Part shown: positions 9,259 through 19,114 of the stretch, piece by piece
Position numbering within the stretch: position 1 is the first letter of the stretch
How the letters are laid out: each line of letters opens with the position of its first letter
Assembly: GCA_963718235.1 (NCBI GenBank)
Contig: CAVQYR010000001.1
Coordinates: forward strand, 1,824,001-1,888,000
Reading direction: 5' to 3'
DNA from: an uncultured Actinomycetota bacterium
GTDB lineage: Bacteria; Actinomycetota; Actinomycetes; JAHEKZ01
DNA: 64,000 bases
Program-made: the position numbers and the translations under genes
The notes under the pieces: generated by a model
What the model was told of the DNA's origin: nothing
The model's database searches: none
Seen by the model: only the letters and a program-made list of their open reading frames with translations

Positions 9259-10658
9259 GCACCAGCACGGCTGCAGACAACCGCAGCGGCAAGGAGTGGC
9301 TCAGCAACTGGAATCCTGAGGACGAGAAGTCGTGGGACTCCGCCCTGGCCTGGCGGACGATGTGGATCACCACGTTCGCTCTGACCCTGGCCTTCTCGAC
9401 CTGGTTCCTGGCCAGCGCCTTCGCCCCCATCCTGGCCAACCTCGGCTACACCTTCAGCAAGAACCAGCTGTACTGGCTGGCCGCGATGCCAGGGCTGGCG
9501 GGCGGAACCCTTCGGCTCGTCTGGATGGTGCTGCCACCCATCCTCGGCACCCGCCGAATGGTCACTTACACCACCGCGCTCCTGCTGCTCCCCCTCGTGG
9601 GCTGGATGATGGCGATCCAGAACCCGAGCACGCCCTACTGGGTGTTCATGTCGCTGGCCTTCCTGGCCGGGATCGGTGGCGGTGCCTTCTCCGGCTTCAT
9701 GCCGAGCACGTCCTACTTCTTCCCCAAGCGTCTCCAAGGTCGAACGCTGGGGCTGCAGGCCGGCATCGGCAACTTCGGCGTGTCTCTGGTCCAGTTCCTC
9801 ACCCCGCTCGTGGTCGGCGTGAGTCTGGTCGGTTCGTCCCAGCTGTTCGTGAACAAGGCCAAGGGCATCGAGAAGGACGTCTGGTACCAGAACGCCGCCC
9901 TCATCTACATCCCGTTCGTCGTCATCGCCGCGATCCTGGCCTGGACCATGCTGCGCAGCGTTCCCATCAAGGCCAACATCAAGCAGCAGTTCGACATCTT
10001 CGGCAACCAGGACACCTGGTGGATGACGATGCTCTACGTCATGACGTTCGGCACCTTTGCCGGACTCTCGGCGCAGTTCGGACTCCTGATCAAGAACCTG
10101 TACGGAGCCGGGAACACCGACATCGTCTCGACCCTGTCGGACGGGACCACCCAGCTGCTGCTCCAGGGCTACACCGTCCCGGACCCGATCAAGTTCGTCT
10201 TCTGGGGCCCGCTGGTGGGAGCCGCCTCCCGGATCTTCTTCAGCTTCTTCACCGACAAGACCGGCGGCGCTCCCTGGACGCTGGCGAGCGGTCTGGGCCT
10301 TCTGGGGTCGGTGATCTTCACCTCGAGGCACCTGAGTGTGGAGGTGGGTGCCGGGGCCGCCGCCGTCCAGAGCAACTTCCAGGCCTTCTTCTGGGGAATG
10401 ATGGCGATCTTCCTGTTCGCCGGGATGGGCAACGCCTCGACGTTCAAGCAGATGCCCATGATCTTCCCGCCCCGTCAGGCAGGCGGGGTCATCGGATGGA
10501 CCGCGGCCATCGCGGCATTCGGCCCCTTCTTCTTCGGCGTCGGCCTGACCATGATGTCGCCCTGGGCGTTCTACATGATCGGTGTCGCGTTCATCCTGGT
10601 GTGCATCGGGATCACCTGGGTGCGGTACGCACGCCCGGGAGCACCGAAGAGGTCCTGA
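9255..10658 (+). CDS. narK: MFS nitrate/nitrite transporter (NarK2-like)
   Basis: WNPEDEKSW N-terminus, AGIGGGAFS, AGIGNFG, GMGNASTFKQMP; ATGA coupling. Confidence 0.9.
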   Translation: MSTSTAADNRSGKEWLSNWNPEDEKSWDSALAWRTMWITTFALTLAFSTWFLASAFAPILANLGYTFSKNQLYWLAAMPGLAGGTLRLVWMVLPPILGTRRMVTYTTALLLLPLVGWMMAIQNPSTPYWVFMSLAFLAGIGGGAFSGFMPSTSYFFPKRLQGRTLGLQAGIGNFGVSLVQFLTPLVVGVSLVGSSQLFVNKAKGIEKDVWYQNAALIYIPFVVIAAILAWTMLRSVPIKANIKQQFDIFGNQDTWWMTMLYVMTFGTFAGLSAQFGLLIKNLYGAGNTDIVSTLSDGTTQLLLQGYTVPDPIKFVFWGPLVGAASRIFFSFFTDKTGGAPWTLASGLGLLGSVIFTSRHLSVEVGAGAAAVQSNFQAFFWGMMAIFLFAGMGNASTFKQMPMIFPPRQAGGVIGWTAAIAAFGPFFFGVGLTMMSPWAFYMIGVAFILVCIGITWVRYARPGAPKRS

Positions 10659-10684
10659 CCCGCACCTGGTCGAACCGCTCCGAG

Positions 10685-11677
10685 TCAGCCACCGATGGCG
10701 GACATGGGGCGGTTCGGCTGGATGAACGACGGGTCGTCGATCCCGTGTCCGGGCAGCTTCGCCGCCACACACGCGAGCATCTGATTGGCCAGCTCCTCGT
10801 CGGAGGCTCCCGCACGCATCGACGTGCGCAGGTCGGACTCGTCATGGGCGAACAGGCAGTTGCGCAGCTGGCCGTCGGCAGTCAGTCGCAGGCGGTCGCA
10901 CGAGCCGCAGAAGGGGCGTGACACCGACGCGACGATGCCCACCACCGCAGGACCGCCGTCGACCAGGAACCGCTCGCTCGGGTCGCTGCCCCGACCGTCA
11001 GCGGGACTGAGGACGAACCGCTCGGCGAGCATCGCCTCGATCTGCTCGGCGGTGACCATCTGGTCGCGGCGCCAGATCTGGTGGGCGTCCAAGGGCATCT
11101 GCTCGATGAAGCGAAGCTCGACTCCCTCGTCGAGCGCCCAGCCCAGCAGGTCGCACGCCTCGTCGTCGTTGACGCCGCGCATGAGCACGGTGTTGACCTT
11201 GACCGGCGTGAGTCCGGCCCGGCGGGCCGCTCGAACGCCGGCCAGTGTCTGCTCGAGCATGTCGCGCCGGGTCAGCTCCTTGAACCGGTCGGCGCGCAGC
11301 GTGTCGAGGCTGATGTTGACCCGACGCAGGCCGGCGTGGGCCAAGGGGCCGGCCAAGGTGGGCAGCCGGACCCCGTTGCTGGTCAAGGACAGCTCCGGTG
11401 CGTCCGGCCACGAGGACAGGGCGGCGACGACGTCGACGACATCGGGGCGCAGCAACGGCTCGCCGCCGGTGAGCCGAACCTCGGTGATCCCCAGTGAGAC
11501 ACCGATCCGGACCAGACGTACGAGCTCGTCGGTGGTCAACAGCTGGGGTCCGGGCAGCCAGGGCACACCCTCGGCGGGCATGCAGTAGGTGCACCTGAGG
11601 TTGCAGCGGTCGGTGAGGGACACCCGCAGGTCACGGTGGGCGCGGCCGTACCGGTCGAGCAGCAGGGAGTCGGTCAC
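10685..11677 (-). CDS. moaA: GTP 3',8-cyclase
   Basis: LRVSLTDRCNLRCTYCMP radical-SAM motif, FCGSCDRLRLTADG..RNCLF, C-terminal MSAIGG; GTG overlaps moaE stop. Confidence 0.96.
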   Translation of the reverse strand: MTDSLLLDRYGRAHRDLRVSLTDRCNLRCTYCMPAEGVPWLPGPQLLTTDELVRLVRIGVSLGITEVRLTGGEPLLRPDVVDVVAALSSWPDAPELSLTSNGVRLPTLAGPLAHAGLRRVNISLDTLRADRFKELTRRDMLEQTLAGVRAARRAGLTPVKVNTVLMRGVNDDEACDLLGWALDEGVELRFIEQMPLDAHQIWRRDQMVTAEQIEAMLAERFVLSPADGRGSDPSERFLVDGGPAVVGIVASVSRPFCGSCDRLRLTADGQLRNCLFAHDESDLRTSMRAGASDEELANQMLACVAAKLPGHGIDDPSFIQPNRPMSAIGG

Positions 11678-12120
11678 GCGCAGTTCACCCACTCGTGCGT
11701 TCCGTCGGCGAACCGTTGCAGCTTCCAGACCGGAAGGCCCGCCTTGACCGTGTCGACCAGGTCGCGGCAGGCGTCGAAGGCCTCGCTGCGGTGCGCCGAA
11801 CCGGCCGTGGCCGCGAAGGCGACCTCGCCGACGCAGAGGTCACCGATCCGGTGCGCCGTGGCCATCGTGACGGCCGGGTGCCGGCTCGAGACAGCGTCGA
11901 CCAGCTGGGTGAGGACCCGGGCGGCGCTCGGGTGACCCTCGTAGCGAAGATCGTCCACCGGACGGCCGTGGTCGTGGTCGCGCACCCGACCGACGAACGT
12001 CACCACGGCACCGCTCGAGCGGCTGGCCACCAGGGCCTCGAGGGCATCGACCTCGATCGGCCGGTCGGTGACGACGGCGTGGGTCACCGTTGCTCCAGGT
12101 GACCGCGTAGGGGCGGACAT
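11674..12120 (-). CDS. moaE: Molybdopterin synthase catalytic subunit
   Basis: GAVVTFVGRVRDHDHGR, HRIGDL, AHRSEAF, PVWKLQRFADG. Confidence 0.93.
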   Translation of the reverse strand: MSAPTRSPGATVTHAVVTDRPIEVDALEALVASRSSGAVVTFVGRVRDHDHGRPVDDLRYEGHPSAARVLTQLVDAVSSRHPAVTMATAHRIGDLCVGEVAFAATAGSAHRSEAFDACRDLVDTVKAGLPVWKLQRFADGTHEWVNCA

Positions 12121-12153
12121 GACTCCCAGGGTAGGTGCAAGCCGCCGCGACGG

Positions 12154-12405
12154 TCAGTCAGGAGCGGTATGGGCCCTGGCCAGGGCCCCGATCTCCGCGG
12201 ACATCCCCACCGCCTCTGCGCTGTCGGCCGAGCGTGCCCCGGCGGCGTAGCCGACCAGGAAGGTGGTCAGGGGGGCCGCCGGGCGAGCGACGTGGTGCGC
12301 GGCGTCGCGGGCGAGATCGAGCACGGCCTGCTCGTCGAGCACCGACAGGTCGATGCCCAAGGTCGCGGCGACCTCGGTCAGCCAGTCGTCGACGGTTCCG
12401 GACAA
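12154..12405 (-). CDS. Stand-alone DUF6457-like protein
   Basis: DDW...LG...VLDLARDAAHHVARPAAPLTTFLVGYAAG; TTG start after AGGAG RBS. Confidence 0.75.
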   Translation of the reverse strand: MSGTVDDWLTEVAATLGIDLSVLDEQAVLDLARDAAHHVARPAAPLTTFLVGYAAGARSADSAEAVGMSAEIGALARAHTAPD

Positions 12406-12464
12406 GGGGGCTCCTGGCGGTCGGTTCGGGCAGGGACATCGAGGGCCCACGCTAGCGTGCGCCC

Positions 12465-13658
12465 ATGGATGTCGGGGCGGACCACCGCAATGCCGCCTGG
12501 CCGGCGGCGCGCGCGCTGGCCCACCGATGCGCCCGGCCGCGAGCGTCGGCCGCGTTGCCTCTCTCCGACGCCCTGGGCACCACGCTCGCCGCGGACGTCA
12601 CGGCGCTGACCGCCCTGCCGGCCTTCGACACGGCCACCATGGACGGCTGGTGCGTGGCTGGTGACCCGCCATGGCGGATCGTGGGCGAGGTGCTGGCCGG
12701 TGGGTCACCCGGAGCCCTGGCGCCCGGTGAGGCAGTCGTCATCGCCACGGGGGCCCGACTCCCACTGGGCGCCCGGGCCGTCGTACGTCGCGAGCACGCC
12801 ACCTCTGACGGCACCCGGGTGGTCCCCGGCCCCGCGGCCGCCTGGGACCACGGCCGCGACGTGCGGCTGCGCGGGGAGGAGGCTCGCGCGGGAGACGTGC
12901 TGCTCACCGCAGGATCGGCGGTGACTCCGCCTGTGCTCGGACTGGCCGCCGCTGCCGGTCACGACCTGCTCACGGTCTACCCCCGACCCACCGTCGACGT
13001 GCTGGTTCTCGGGGACGAGCTGCTGGACCGGGGGCCGGCGGTCGAGGGGCTGGTCCGCGACGCGCTCGGCCCGCAGATCCCCGGGTGGGTCGCCGCAGCC
13101 GGTGGCGTGCTGTCGTCGATCGTGCGGGTCCCCGACCGGCTCGACGCGACGGTGGACGCCCTGCTGGCGAGCCGGGCGGACCTCGTGGTGACCACAGGGG
13201 GAACCGCCCGAGGTCCGGTCGACCAGGTCCATCCGGCCCTGCGCGCGGTGGGGGCGCGTCTGCTCGTCGACCAGGTGGCCGTACGACCCGGCCACCCGAT
13301 GCTGCTGGCTGGGCTTGGCGACGACCGCCTGCTCGTGGGCCTTCCCGGGAACCCGTTGGCGGCTGCGGTCGGGTTCTCCTCCCTGGCCGCGCCGGCGCTG
13401 CGTGGGGCCAGGGGTCTGCCCGACGAGGTGCTGACCCTGGGGCGGCTCACCGCTTCGCTGCTCGCACCGCCCGACGCCCACCGTCTGGTGCCGGTACGGG
13501 TGGGCCGCGACGGCGTCACCGTCACCGTCACTCCCCTCCCGCACCACGGGCCGGCGATGCTCCGCGGCCTGACCCAGGCGGACGGGCTGGCGGTCGCTCC
13601 CCCCGGCGGGGCGGAGCAGGGCGCCGACGTCGAGCTGGTGGCCCTGCCCTGGCGGTGA
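12465..13658 (+). CDS. moeA: Molybdopterin molybdenumtransferase
   Basis: PAFDTATMDGW, IATGA, GDEL, TTGG, VRPGHP, GLPGNP motifs. Confidence 0.9.
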   Translation: MDVGADHRNAAWPAARALAHRCARPRASAALPLSDALGTTLAADVTALTALPAFDTATMDGWCVAGDPPWRIVGEVLAGGSPGALAPGEAVVIATGARLPLGARAVVRREHATSDGTRVVPGPAAAWDHGRDVRLRGEEARAGDVLLTAGSAVTPPVLGLAAAAGHDLLTVYPRPTVDVLVLGDELLDRGPAVEGLVRDALGPQIPGWVAAAGGVLSSIVRVPDRLDATVDALLASRADLVVTTGGTARGPVDQVHPALRAVGARLLVDQVAVRPGHPMLLAGLGDDRLLVGLPGNPLAAAVGFSSLAAPALRGARGLPDEVLTLGRLTASLLAPPDAHRLVPVRVGRDGVTVTVTPLPHHGPAMLRGLTQADGLAVAPPGGAEQGADVELVALPWR

Positions 13659-13674
13659 GCGGGCGCCGGGCCGG

Positions 13675-14469
13675 TCAGCGGCGCGGGGGAAGCAGCGCCC
13701 GCGCACTGAACCGTCCACCACGGCGGTCGACCACCAGGGGGATCCCGAACGTCGCGGTCAGCCAGGCCGGGGTGAGCACGTCGTCGACCGCCCCGGAGAC
13801 CACCACCCGCCCGTTCCTCAGCAGCAGCGCATGGGTGAACCCCGGCGGGATCTCCTCGACGTGGTGCGTCACCAGGACCATGGCCGGGCTCATCGGGTCG
13901 GCGGCGAGGGCCCCCAGCCGGCGCACGAGGTCCTCACGTCCTCCCAGGTCGAGACCCGCGGCGGGCTCGTCCAGGAGCAGCAGCTCGGGGTCGCTCATGA
14001 GTGCCCGCGCGATCTGGGTGCGCTTGCGCTCCCCCTCGCTGAGCGTGCCGTAGGCCCGGGCGGTGAGGTCGCCGGCACCGACGGCGGCCAGCAGCTGTGC
14101 GGCCCGGTGACGGTCGACCGAGTCGTACGGCTCGCGCCACCGGCCCACCACGGCGTAGGACGCCGTCAGCACCACGTCGAGCACGTTCTCGCGACCGGGG
14201 ATCTGCTCGGCCAGCGCTGCACTGACCAGACCGATGCGCGGCCGCAGCTCGAACACATCGACGGCGCCCAGGGTCTCGTCGAGCACCTCGACGTGCCCGT
14301 CCGACGGATGCATGAGCGCCGCCGCAAGCTGCATCACGGTCGTCTTTCCCGCGCCGTTGGGTCCCAGGACGACCCAGCGCTCGCCCTCCTCGACGCTCCA
14401 CTCGACGTCGTCGAGGATGCGCCGACCGCCGCGGACGACCGTGGCGTGGGAGAGCGCGAGCACGGGCAC
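13675..14469 (-). CDS. ABC transporter ATP-binding protein (ModF-like)
   Basis: [35 protein letters not shown]. Confidence 0.88.
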   Translation of the reverse strand: MPVLALSHATVVRGGRRILDDVEWSVEEGERWVVLGPNGAGKTTVMQLAAALMHPSDGHVEVLDETLGAVDVFELRPRIGLVSAALAEQIPGRENVLDVVLTASYAVVGRWREPYDSVDRHRAAQLLAAVGAGDLTARAYGTLSEGERKRTQIARALMSDPELLLLDEPAAGLDLGGREDLVRRLGALAADPMSPAMVLVTHHVEEIPPGFTHALLLRNGRVVVSGAVDDVLTPAWLTATFGIPLVVDRRGGRFSARALLPPRR

Positions 14470-14528
14470 GACCACAACCTACGTCGCACCCGCACGCGGG
14501 CGGCGGGCGGCGCGCCTACGCTACGAGG

Positions 14529-15314
14529 ATGCCTGGACCCCACGACGTCGCCGACCGCTGCGGGCGGCTGGCCGCCTGGGGCACAGCAGCCCTTCAGGGA
14601 ACGGCTCCCCACGACGCAGCCGTCGCGGCGATCCTGGGAGACGACGCCGCCCACGACGTCGTCGACCTGCCGGGTTCACTCGACGCCCAGGAGTGGGCCC
14701 CGGCGCTCGGTCTGCTCGACCAGCTCGGCCCCGTGCTCCTCACCTTCGTCGCGTGCGTGCCCGGCGACGTCCTGGGGCTGCCCGGACCAGCCGCCTTCAA
14801 TGCCGCGGCGGCGCACGCGGGCGGTGCGGTGATCGCGCACGGGCCGTCCTTGGGCCTGCTCCCGACGGTCACGACCCACGGGGTCGACGACGACCTGGCA
14901 GTCACGGTGCAGTGGACCTGCTGGTCAGTCACTGCCCAGCCCGGCGCACCCTGGTCCAGCCTGCCCGAGGCGGACCGTCAGCTGACCGAGCAGCTCCAGC
15001 GGGCGGCGGCGGACCTGCGGCGGCTCGACACCGCGGCGTTTCGCCCCGAGGCGCTGGGCCTGCTGCGAACCCCCGCCGCCCACGCCTCGCCCCTTCCCCC
15101 CGGATGGCCCGACCGGGCGCACCGACTGCTCAGCCGCAGCCAGGGCGTCCTCGCCGTGTTGGAGCTCGCCCGCCAGGACGACGGCCGGTCGGTCACCGCG
15201 GCCGACGTGGTGCAGCGCGACGCCATCCTGCGGGAGCTGCAACGCGCAGCCCGCTCGGCCCGAGCTGCCGCATGGAACGCGGGGGTGCGTCCCGCTGTCC
15301 TGCGTCCCGGCTGA
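14529..15314 (+). CDS. Conserved actinobacterial hypothetical protein
   Basis: Coding-like ORF with PGDVLGLPGPAAFN motif, upstream of serB; TACGCT 6 nt before ATG. Confidence 0.7.
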   Translation: MPGPHDVADRCGRLAAWGTAALQGTAPHDAAVAAILGDDAAHDVVDLPGSLDAQEWAPALGLLDQLGPVLLTFVACVPGDVLGLPGPAAFNAAAAHAGGAVIAHGPSLGLLPTVTTHGVDDDLAVTVQWTCWSVTAQPGAPWSSLPEADRQLTEQLQRAAADLRRLDTAAFRPEALGLLRTPAAHASPLPPGWPDRAHRLLSRSQGVLAVLELARQDDGRSVTAADVVQRDAILRELQRAARSARAAAWNAGVRPAVLRPG

Positions 15315-15377
15315 GCCGATCGACGGCAGCGAGCCCGGCGTGGACGAGCGGGTCGCGATCGGTACCGTGGCGCGGTC

Positions 15378-16640
15378 ATGACCACTCCCCCGCCGCCCGG
15401 CGCCCGGGTGCCGACCGAGGTCTCCGCCACCGGTGAGACCCTCCTGATCACGGTGGCTGGTCCCGACCGTCCTGGTGTGACCCGGCGCCTGTTCCAGCGC
15501 CTGGCCGCCTACCCGTTGGTGGTGCTCGACGTCGAGCAGGTCGTCATCCGGGGCGAGCTGGTCCTCGGGGTGCTCGTGGCCCAGCCCGAGGGGGTGTCCA
15601 CCGCGCTGCCCGAGGTGGCGGGGACGGCTACCTCGATCGGGGTCGAGCTCGGGATGAAGGTCACCGTGTCGCCCGGCGCTGGTGAGCGACGAACCGATCA
15701 GCGCGGACGACTGCACGTCACCTTGATCGGAGCCCCCCTTCGCCCGGAGGCCATGGGCGCCCTGGCCGGCTGCATCGCCGACCACGGGGGGAACATCGAC
15801 CGGATCGAACGGCTGGCGTCCTACCCGGTCACGGCCATCGAGCTGCTCGTGTCCGGTGCCGAGCCACGGGCGCTGCGCGCGGCGCTGTCGGTCGATTCGG
15901 TGCGGGTGGGCTTCGACGTCGCCGTCCAGCGGGCCGGACTGCACCGGCGTGGGAAGCGCCTCATCGTCATGGACGTCGACTCGACCCTGATCCGCGGTGA
16001 GGTCATCGAGATGCTGGCCGACCGGGCCGGGTGCGGCACCGAGGTCGCGGAGATCACCGCCGCGGCGATGCGCGGCGAGCTCGACTTCGCCGAGTCGCTG
16101 CGCGCGAGGGTGGCCCTGCTCGAGGGGCTGGACGCGTCGGCGGTCCTGGCCGTGCGCGACGAGGTTGAGCTGGCGCCAGGCGCGCGCACGCTCGTACGGA
16201 CCCTCAAGCGGCTTGGCTTCCAGTGCGGGGTGGTCAGCGGTGGCTTCACCCAGGTCACCGACTCCCTGGTCGAACAGCTGGACCTCGACTTCTCCGCTGC
16301 CAACACTCTGGAGGTGGTCGACGGGCGACTCACCGGGCGACTGGTCGGCGACGTCGTCGACCGCCAGGGCAAGGCGAAGGCACTGGTGTCGTTCGCGATG
16401 TCGGCAGGGGTGCCGCTGAGCCACACCGTCGCGGTCGGCGACGGGGCCAACGACCTCGACATGCTCCAGCAGGCCGGTCTGGGCATCGCCTTCAACGCCA
16501 AGCCGCTCGTCCGCGAGGCCGCCGACGCGGCGGTCAACGTCCCGTACCTCGACGCCGTCTTGTTCCTGCTCGGCATCACCCGAGAGGAGATCGACGCCGC
16601 TGACGCCGAGTACGTCGTGCGGGGCGATCCGCAGCAGTGA
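15378..16640 (+). CDS. serB: Phosphoserine phosphatase with ACT domains
   Basis: Two ACT domains; HAD motifs DVDST, VVSGGF, GDGANDLDM. Confidence 0.95.
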   Translation: MTTPPPPGARVPTEVSATGETLLITVAGPDRPGVTRRLFQRLAAYPLVVLDVEQVVIRGELVLGVLVAQPEGVSTALPEVAGTATSIGVELGMKVTVSPGAGERRTDQRGRLHVTLIGAPLRPEAMGALAGCIADHGGNIDRIERLASYPVTAIELLVSGAEPRALRAALSVDSVRVGFDVAVQRAGLHRRGKRLIVMDVDSTLIRGEVIEMLADRAGCGTEVAEITAAAMRGELDFAESLRARVALLEGLDASAVLAVRDEVELAPGARTLVRTLKRLGFQCGVVSGGFTQVTDSLVEQLDLDFSAANTLEVVDGRLTGRLVGDVVDRQGKAKALVSFAMSAGVPLSHTVAVGDGANDLDMLQQAGLGIAFNAKPLVREAADAAVNVPYLDAVLFLLGITREEIDAADAEYVVRGDPQQ

Positions 16641-16682
16641 GCCTGCCTCGGCCGGATCGGGCCTGGATGACTGGGCCAGGGG

Positions 16683-17192
16683 CTATCCCCTGGCGACGTC
16701 GAAGCTGCGCAGGCGTCCGTGCGCTGCGGCCAGGTGGGCCCAGGGCCGGTCGAGGTCGAACAGGGCCAAGGCGCTGGTCGGGAACTTGGTCCCCATGGCG
16801 GTGGTCGCCTCCGGGTCACCCTGACCGTCGCTGATCACGAAGGCCAGGTCCTCCAGCCCTGGGTTGTGCCCGATCAGCAGCACCCTGGCCCGCGATGCGT
16901 CGACCTCTCGCAGCAGCAGCATCAGCTCGTCGACGCTCGCCTCGTAGATGCGGTCGTCGAAGACCACGTGGGGCGGGTGCGGCCAGGCCGTTCGGGCGAG
17001 GTCCCACGTCTCACGGGTGCGAGTCGCCCCGGACACCAGCACGAGGTCCGGGTCGCCCAGTCGCTGACGGACCTTTTCACCAGCCGCGGGCGCGTCGCGC
17101 CGTCCCCGCTCGCCGAGGGGACGTCGGTAGTCGGCCACGCCCGGCGGGTAGGCGGACTTCGCGTGCCTGAGCAGGACGAGCTGGGTGGTCAT
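16683..17192 (-). CDS. SixA-family histidine phosphatase
   Basis: LLRHAKS, RTRETW, IGHNPG, KFPT. Confidence 0.9.
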   Translation of the reverse strand: MTTQLVLLRHAKSAYPPGVADYRRPLGERGRRDAPAAGEKVRQRLGDPDLVLVSGATRTRETWDLARTAWPHPPHVVFDDRIYEASVDELMLLLREVDASRARVLLIGHNPGLEDLAFVISDGQGDPEATTAMGTKFPTSALALFDLDRPWAHLAAAHGRLRSFDVARG

Positions 17193-18205
17193 GTCCGGGC
17201 CGCTCGACGCAGGGTGTCCAGCTGGGACTCGGTCCCCACGGCGATCACGACATCGCCGGGGTTGATCACCTGGTCGGCCGGTGGGTTGCTCACGAACTGT
17301 CCTCCGCTGTCGCGCAGCGCCAGGAGCAGCGCGCCCCCGCCCTCTCGCTCACGGGTGACTCGCACCGTCGACCCGGCCAGCTGGGAGCCAGACTGCACCT
17401 CGACGTCCTCGAGGCGGAACTCCAGCCCGGCGTCGTGCATGGCCACATCGAGGAAGTCGACCACGTGCGGCTGCAGCGCGAAGGCGGCGATCCGGTCGCC
17501 CCCGATCCGCTGCGGGTTCACCACCCGGTCAGCGCCTGCTCTGGTGAACTTCTTCTCGGCGTCGTCGGTGCGCGACCGAGCGATGATCACCAGGTCGCTG
17601 CTCAGTGCGCGGGCACTGAGTGTGACGTAGAGCGAGTCGGCGTCGTTGTCCAACGAGGCGACGAGAGTGGCCGCTCGGTCGACGCCGGCCGACCGGAGTA
17701 CATGGTCCGACGACGCGTTGCCCAGGATGTAGGGGTAGGGGCAGTCGACGAGGCGGTCCTCGTCGACGTCGACCACGACCACGGAGCGGCCGGTTCGGGC
17801 CAGCTCGTGCGCGGTTGCCTTTCCGACCCGCCCATAGCCGCACACGATGACGTGCTCGCTGAGGGCATCGATCTCCCGTTGCATCCGTCGCCTCCCCATC
17901 AGCGATCCGACGTGCCCCTCGACCAAGGCGGCGACGAGCAGCGTAAGCGTGTACAGGACCGTTCCGGTCCCCACCAGCATCAAGGCCATGGTGAACAGCT
18001 TCTCGGCCGGGCCGAACGGCGTGATCTCCTTGAAGCCGACGGTGGTGACCGTGAACACCGTGGCGTACGCGGCGTCCAGCCACCCGATCCCCAACAGCAT
18101 GTAGCCGACGGTGCCGACGCACAGCACGCCCAGGAGTGCGAGCAGGGTGATCGCCAGCTGGCGGCCGACGTCACCCCCGAAGCGGCGACGTTGCAGCAGA
18201 GGCAC
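17189..18205 (-). CDS. Potassium channel family protein (2TM pore + RCK/TrkA domains)
   Basis: TVTTVGF pore, HVIVCGYGRVG Rossmann motif, TrkA-C NP..D.VI.PGD; start estimated at GTG 18205. Confidence 0.88.
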   Translation of the reverse strand: MPLLQRRRFGGDVGRQLAITLLALLGVLCVGTVGYMLLGIGWLDAAYATVFTVTTVGFKEITPFGPAEKLFTMALMLVGTGTVLYTLTLLVAALVEGHVGSLMGRRRMQREIDALSEHVIVCGYGRVGKATAHELARTGRSVVVVDVDEDRLVDCPYPYILGNASSDHVLRSAGVDRAATLVASLDNDADSLYVTLSARALSSDLVIIARSRTDDAEKKFTRAGADRVVNPQRIGGDRIAAFALQPHVVDFLDVAMHDAGLEFRLEDVEVQSGSQLAGSTVRVTREREGGGALLLALRDSGGQFVSNPPADQVINPGDVVIAVGTESQLDTLRRAART

Positions 18206-18297
18206 GGACCCATCCTGGCGCACCCGGCCCGGGCACACAGGGACCGTACGTCCCGAACCTGGGCTCCGTCGGTGGCTCGGTGAGAGGACGGTGACGG

Positions 18298-19068
18298 TCA
18301 GCCTCCGACGGCGTGCACTCCCCCGTCGACGTGCAGCACCTCGCCGGTGGTCGCGGGGAACCAGTCGGACAGCAGGGCCACGGCCGCCTGTGCCGTCGGC
18401 ACCGGGTCGGTGTTGTCCCAGCCGAGCGGGGCCCGCTGCCCCCACAGTGCCCCCAGTGACTCGAAGGCACCGGGGATGCTCTTGGCCGCCATCGTCTTGA
18501 TTGGCCCGGCCGCGACCAGGTTCACCCGCACTCCTCGTGGCCCGAGGTCGCGGGCCAGGTACCGGGTCGTGGACTCCAGGGCGGCCTTGGCGACCCCCAT
18601 CCAGTCGTAGGTGGGCCAGGCGACCGTGGCGTCGAAGTCGAGCCCTACCACCGAGGCCCGGTCGCCGAACAAGGGGAGGCAGGCCATGGTGAGGGACTTC
18701 AGCGAGAAGGCGGAGACCTCTAGGGCGACGGCGACGTCTGGCCAGGTCGTGGTCAAGAAGTTGCCACCCAGGGCAGCCTCCGGTGCGTAGCCGATCGAGT
18801 GCAGCACGCCGTCGAGCCGGTCGTGGTGCTCGCGCACCCGGTCGGCCAGCGATGCCATCTGCTCGTCGTCGGTGACGTCGAGCTCGAGCACCGGTGCCGG
18901 TTCGGGAAGCCGACCCGCGATGCGTTCGGTGAGCCGCCGGGTACGGGTCATGGACGTGAGAACCACCGACGCACCCTGCTCCTGCGCGATCCGGGCGACC
19001 TGGAAGGCGATCGAGGCGTCGGTGAGAACACCCGTGACGAGCACCTGCTTGCCCTCGAGCAGACCCAT
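18298..19068 (-). CDS. fabI: Enoyl-ACP reductase
   Basis: VTGVLTDASIAF, YDWMGVAK, AAGPIKTMAA (InhA-like). Confidence 0.95.
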   Translation of the reverse strand: MGLLEGKQVLVTGVLTDASIAFQVARIAQEQGASVVLTSMTRTRRLTERIAGRLPEPAPVLELDVTDDEQMASLADRVREHHDRLDGVLHSIGYAPEAALGGNFLTTTWPDVAVALEVSAFSLKSLTMACLPLFGDRASVVGLDFDATVAWPTYDWMGVAKAALESTTRYLARDLGPRGVRVNLVAAGPIKTMAAKSIPGAFESLGALWGQRAPLGWDNTDPVPTAQAAVALLSDWFPATTGEVLHVDGGVHAVGG

Positions 19069-19114
19069 GGCGTTCCTCTCCTTGCGCTGACGGGGACCGG
19101 TCGTCGGTCGATCC

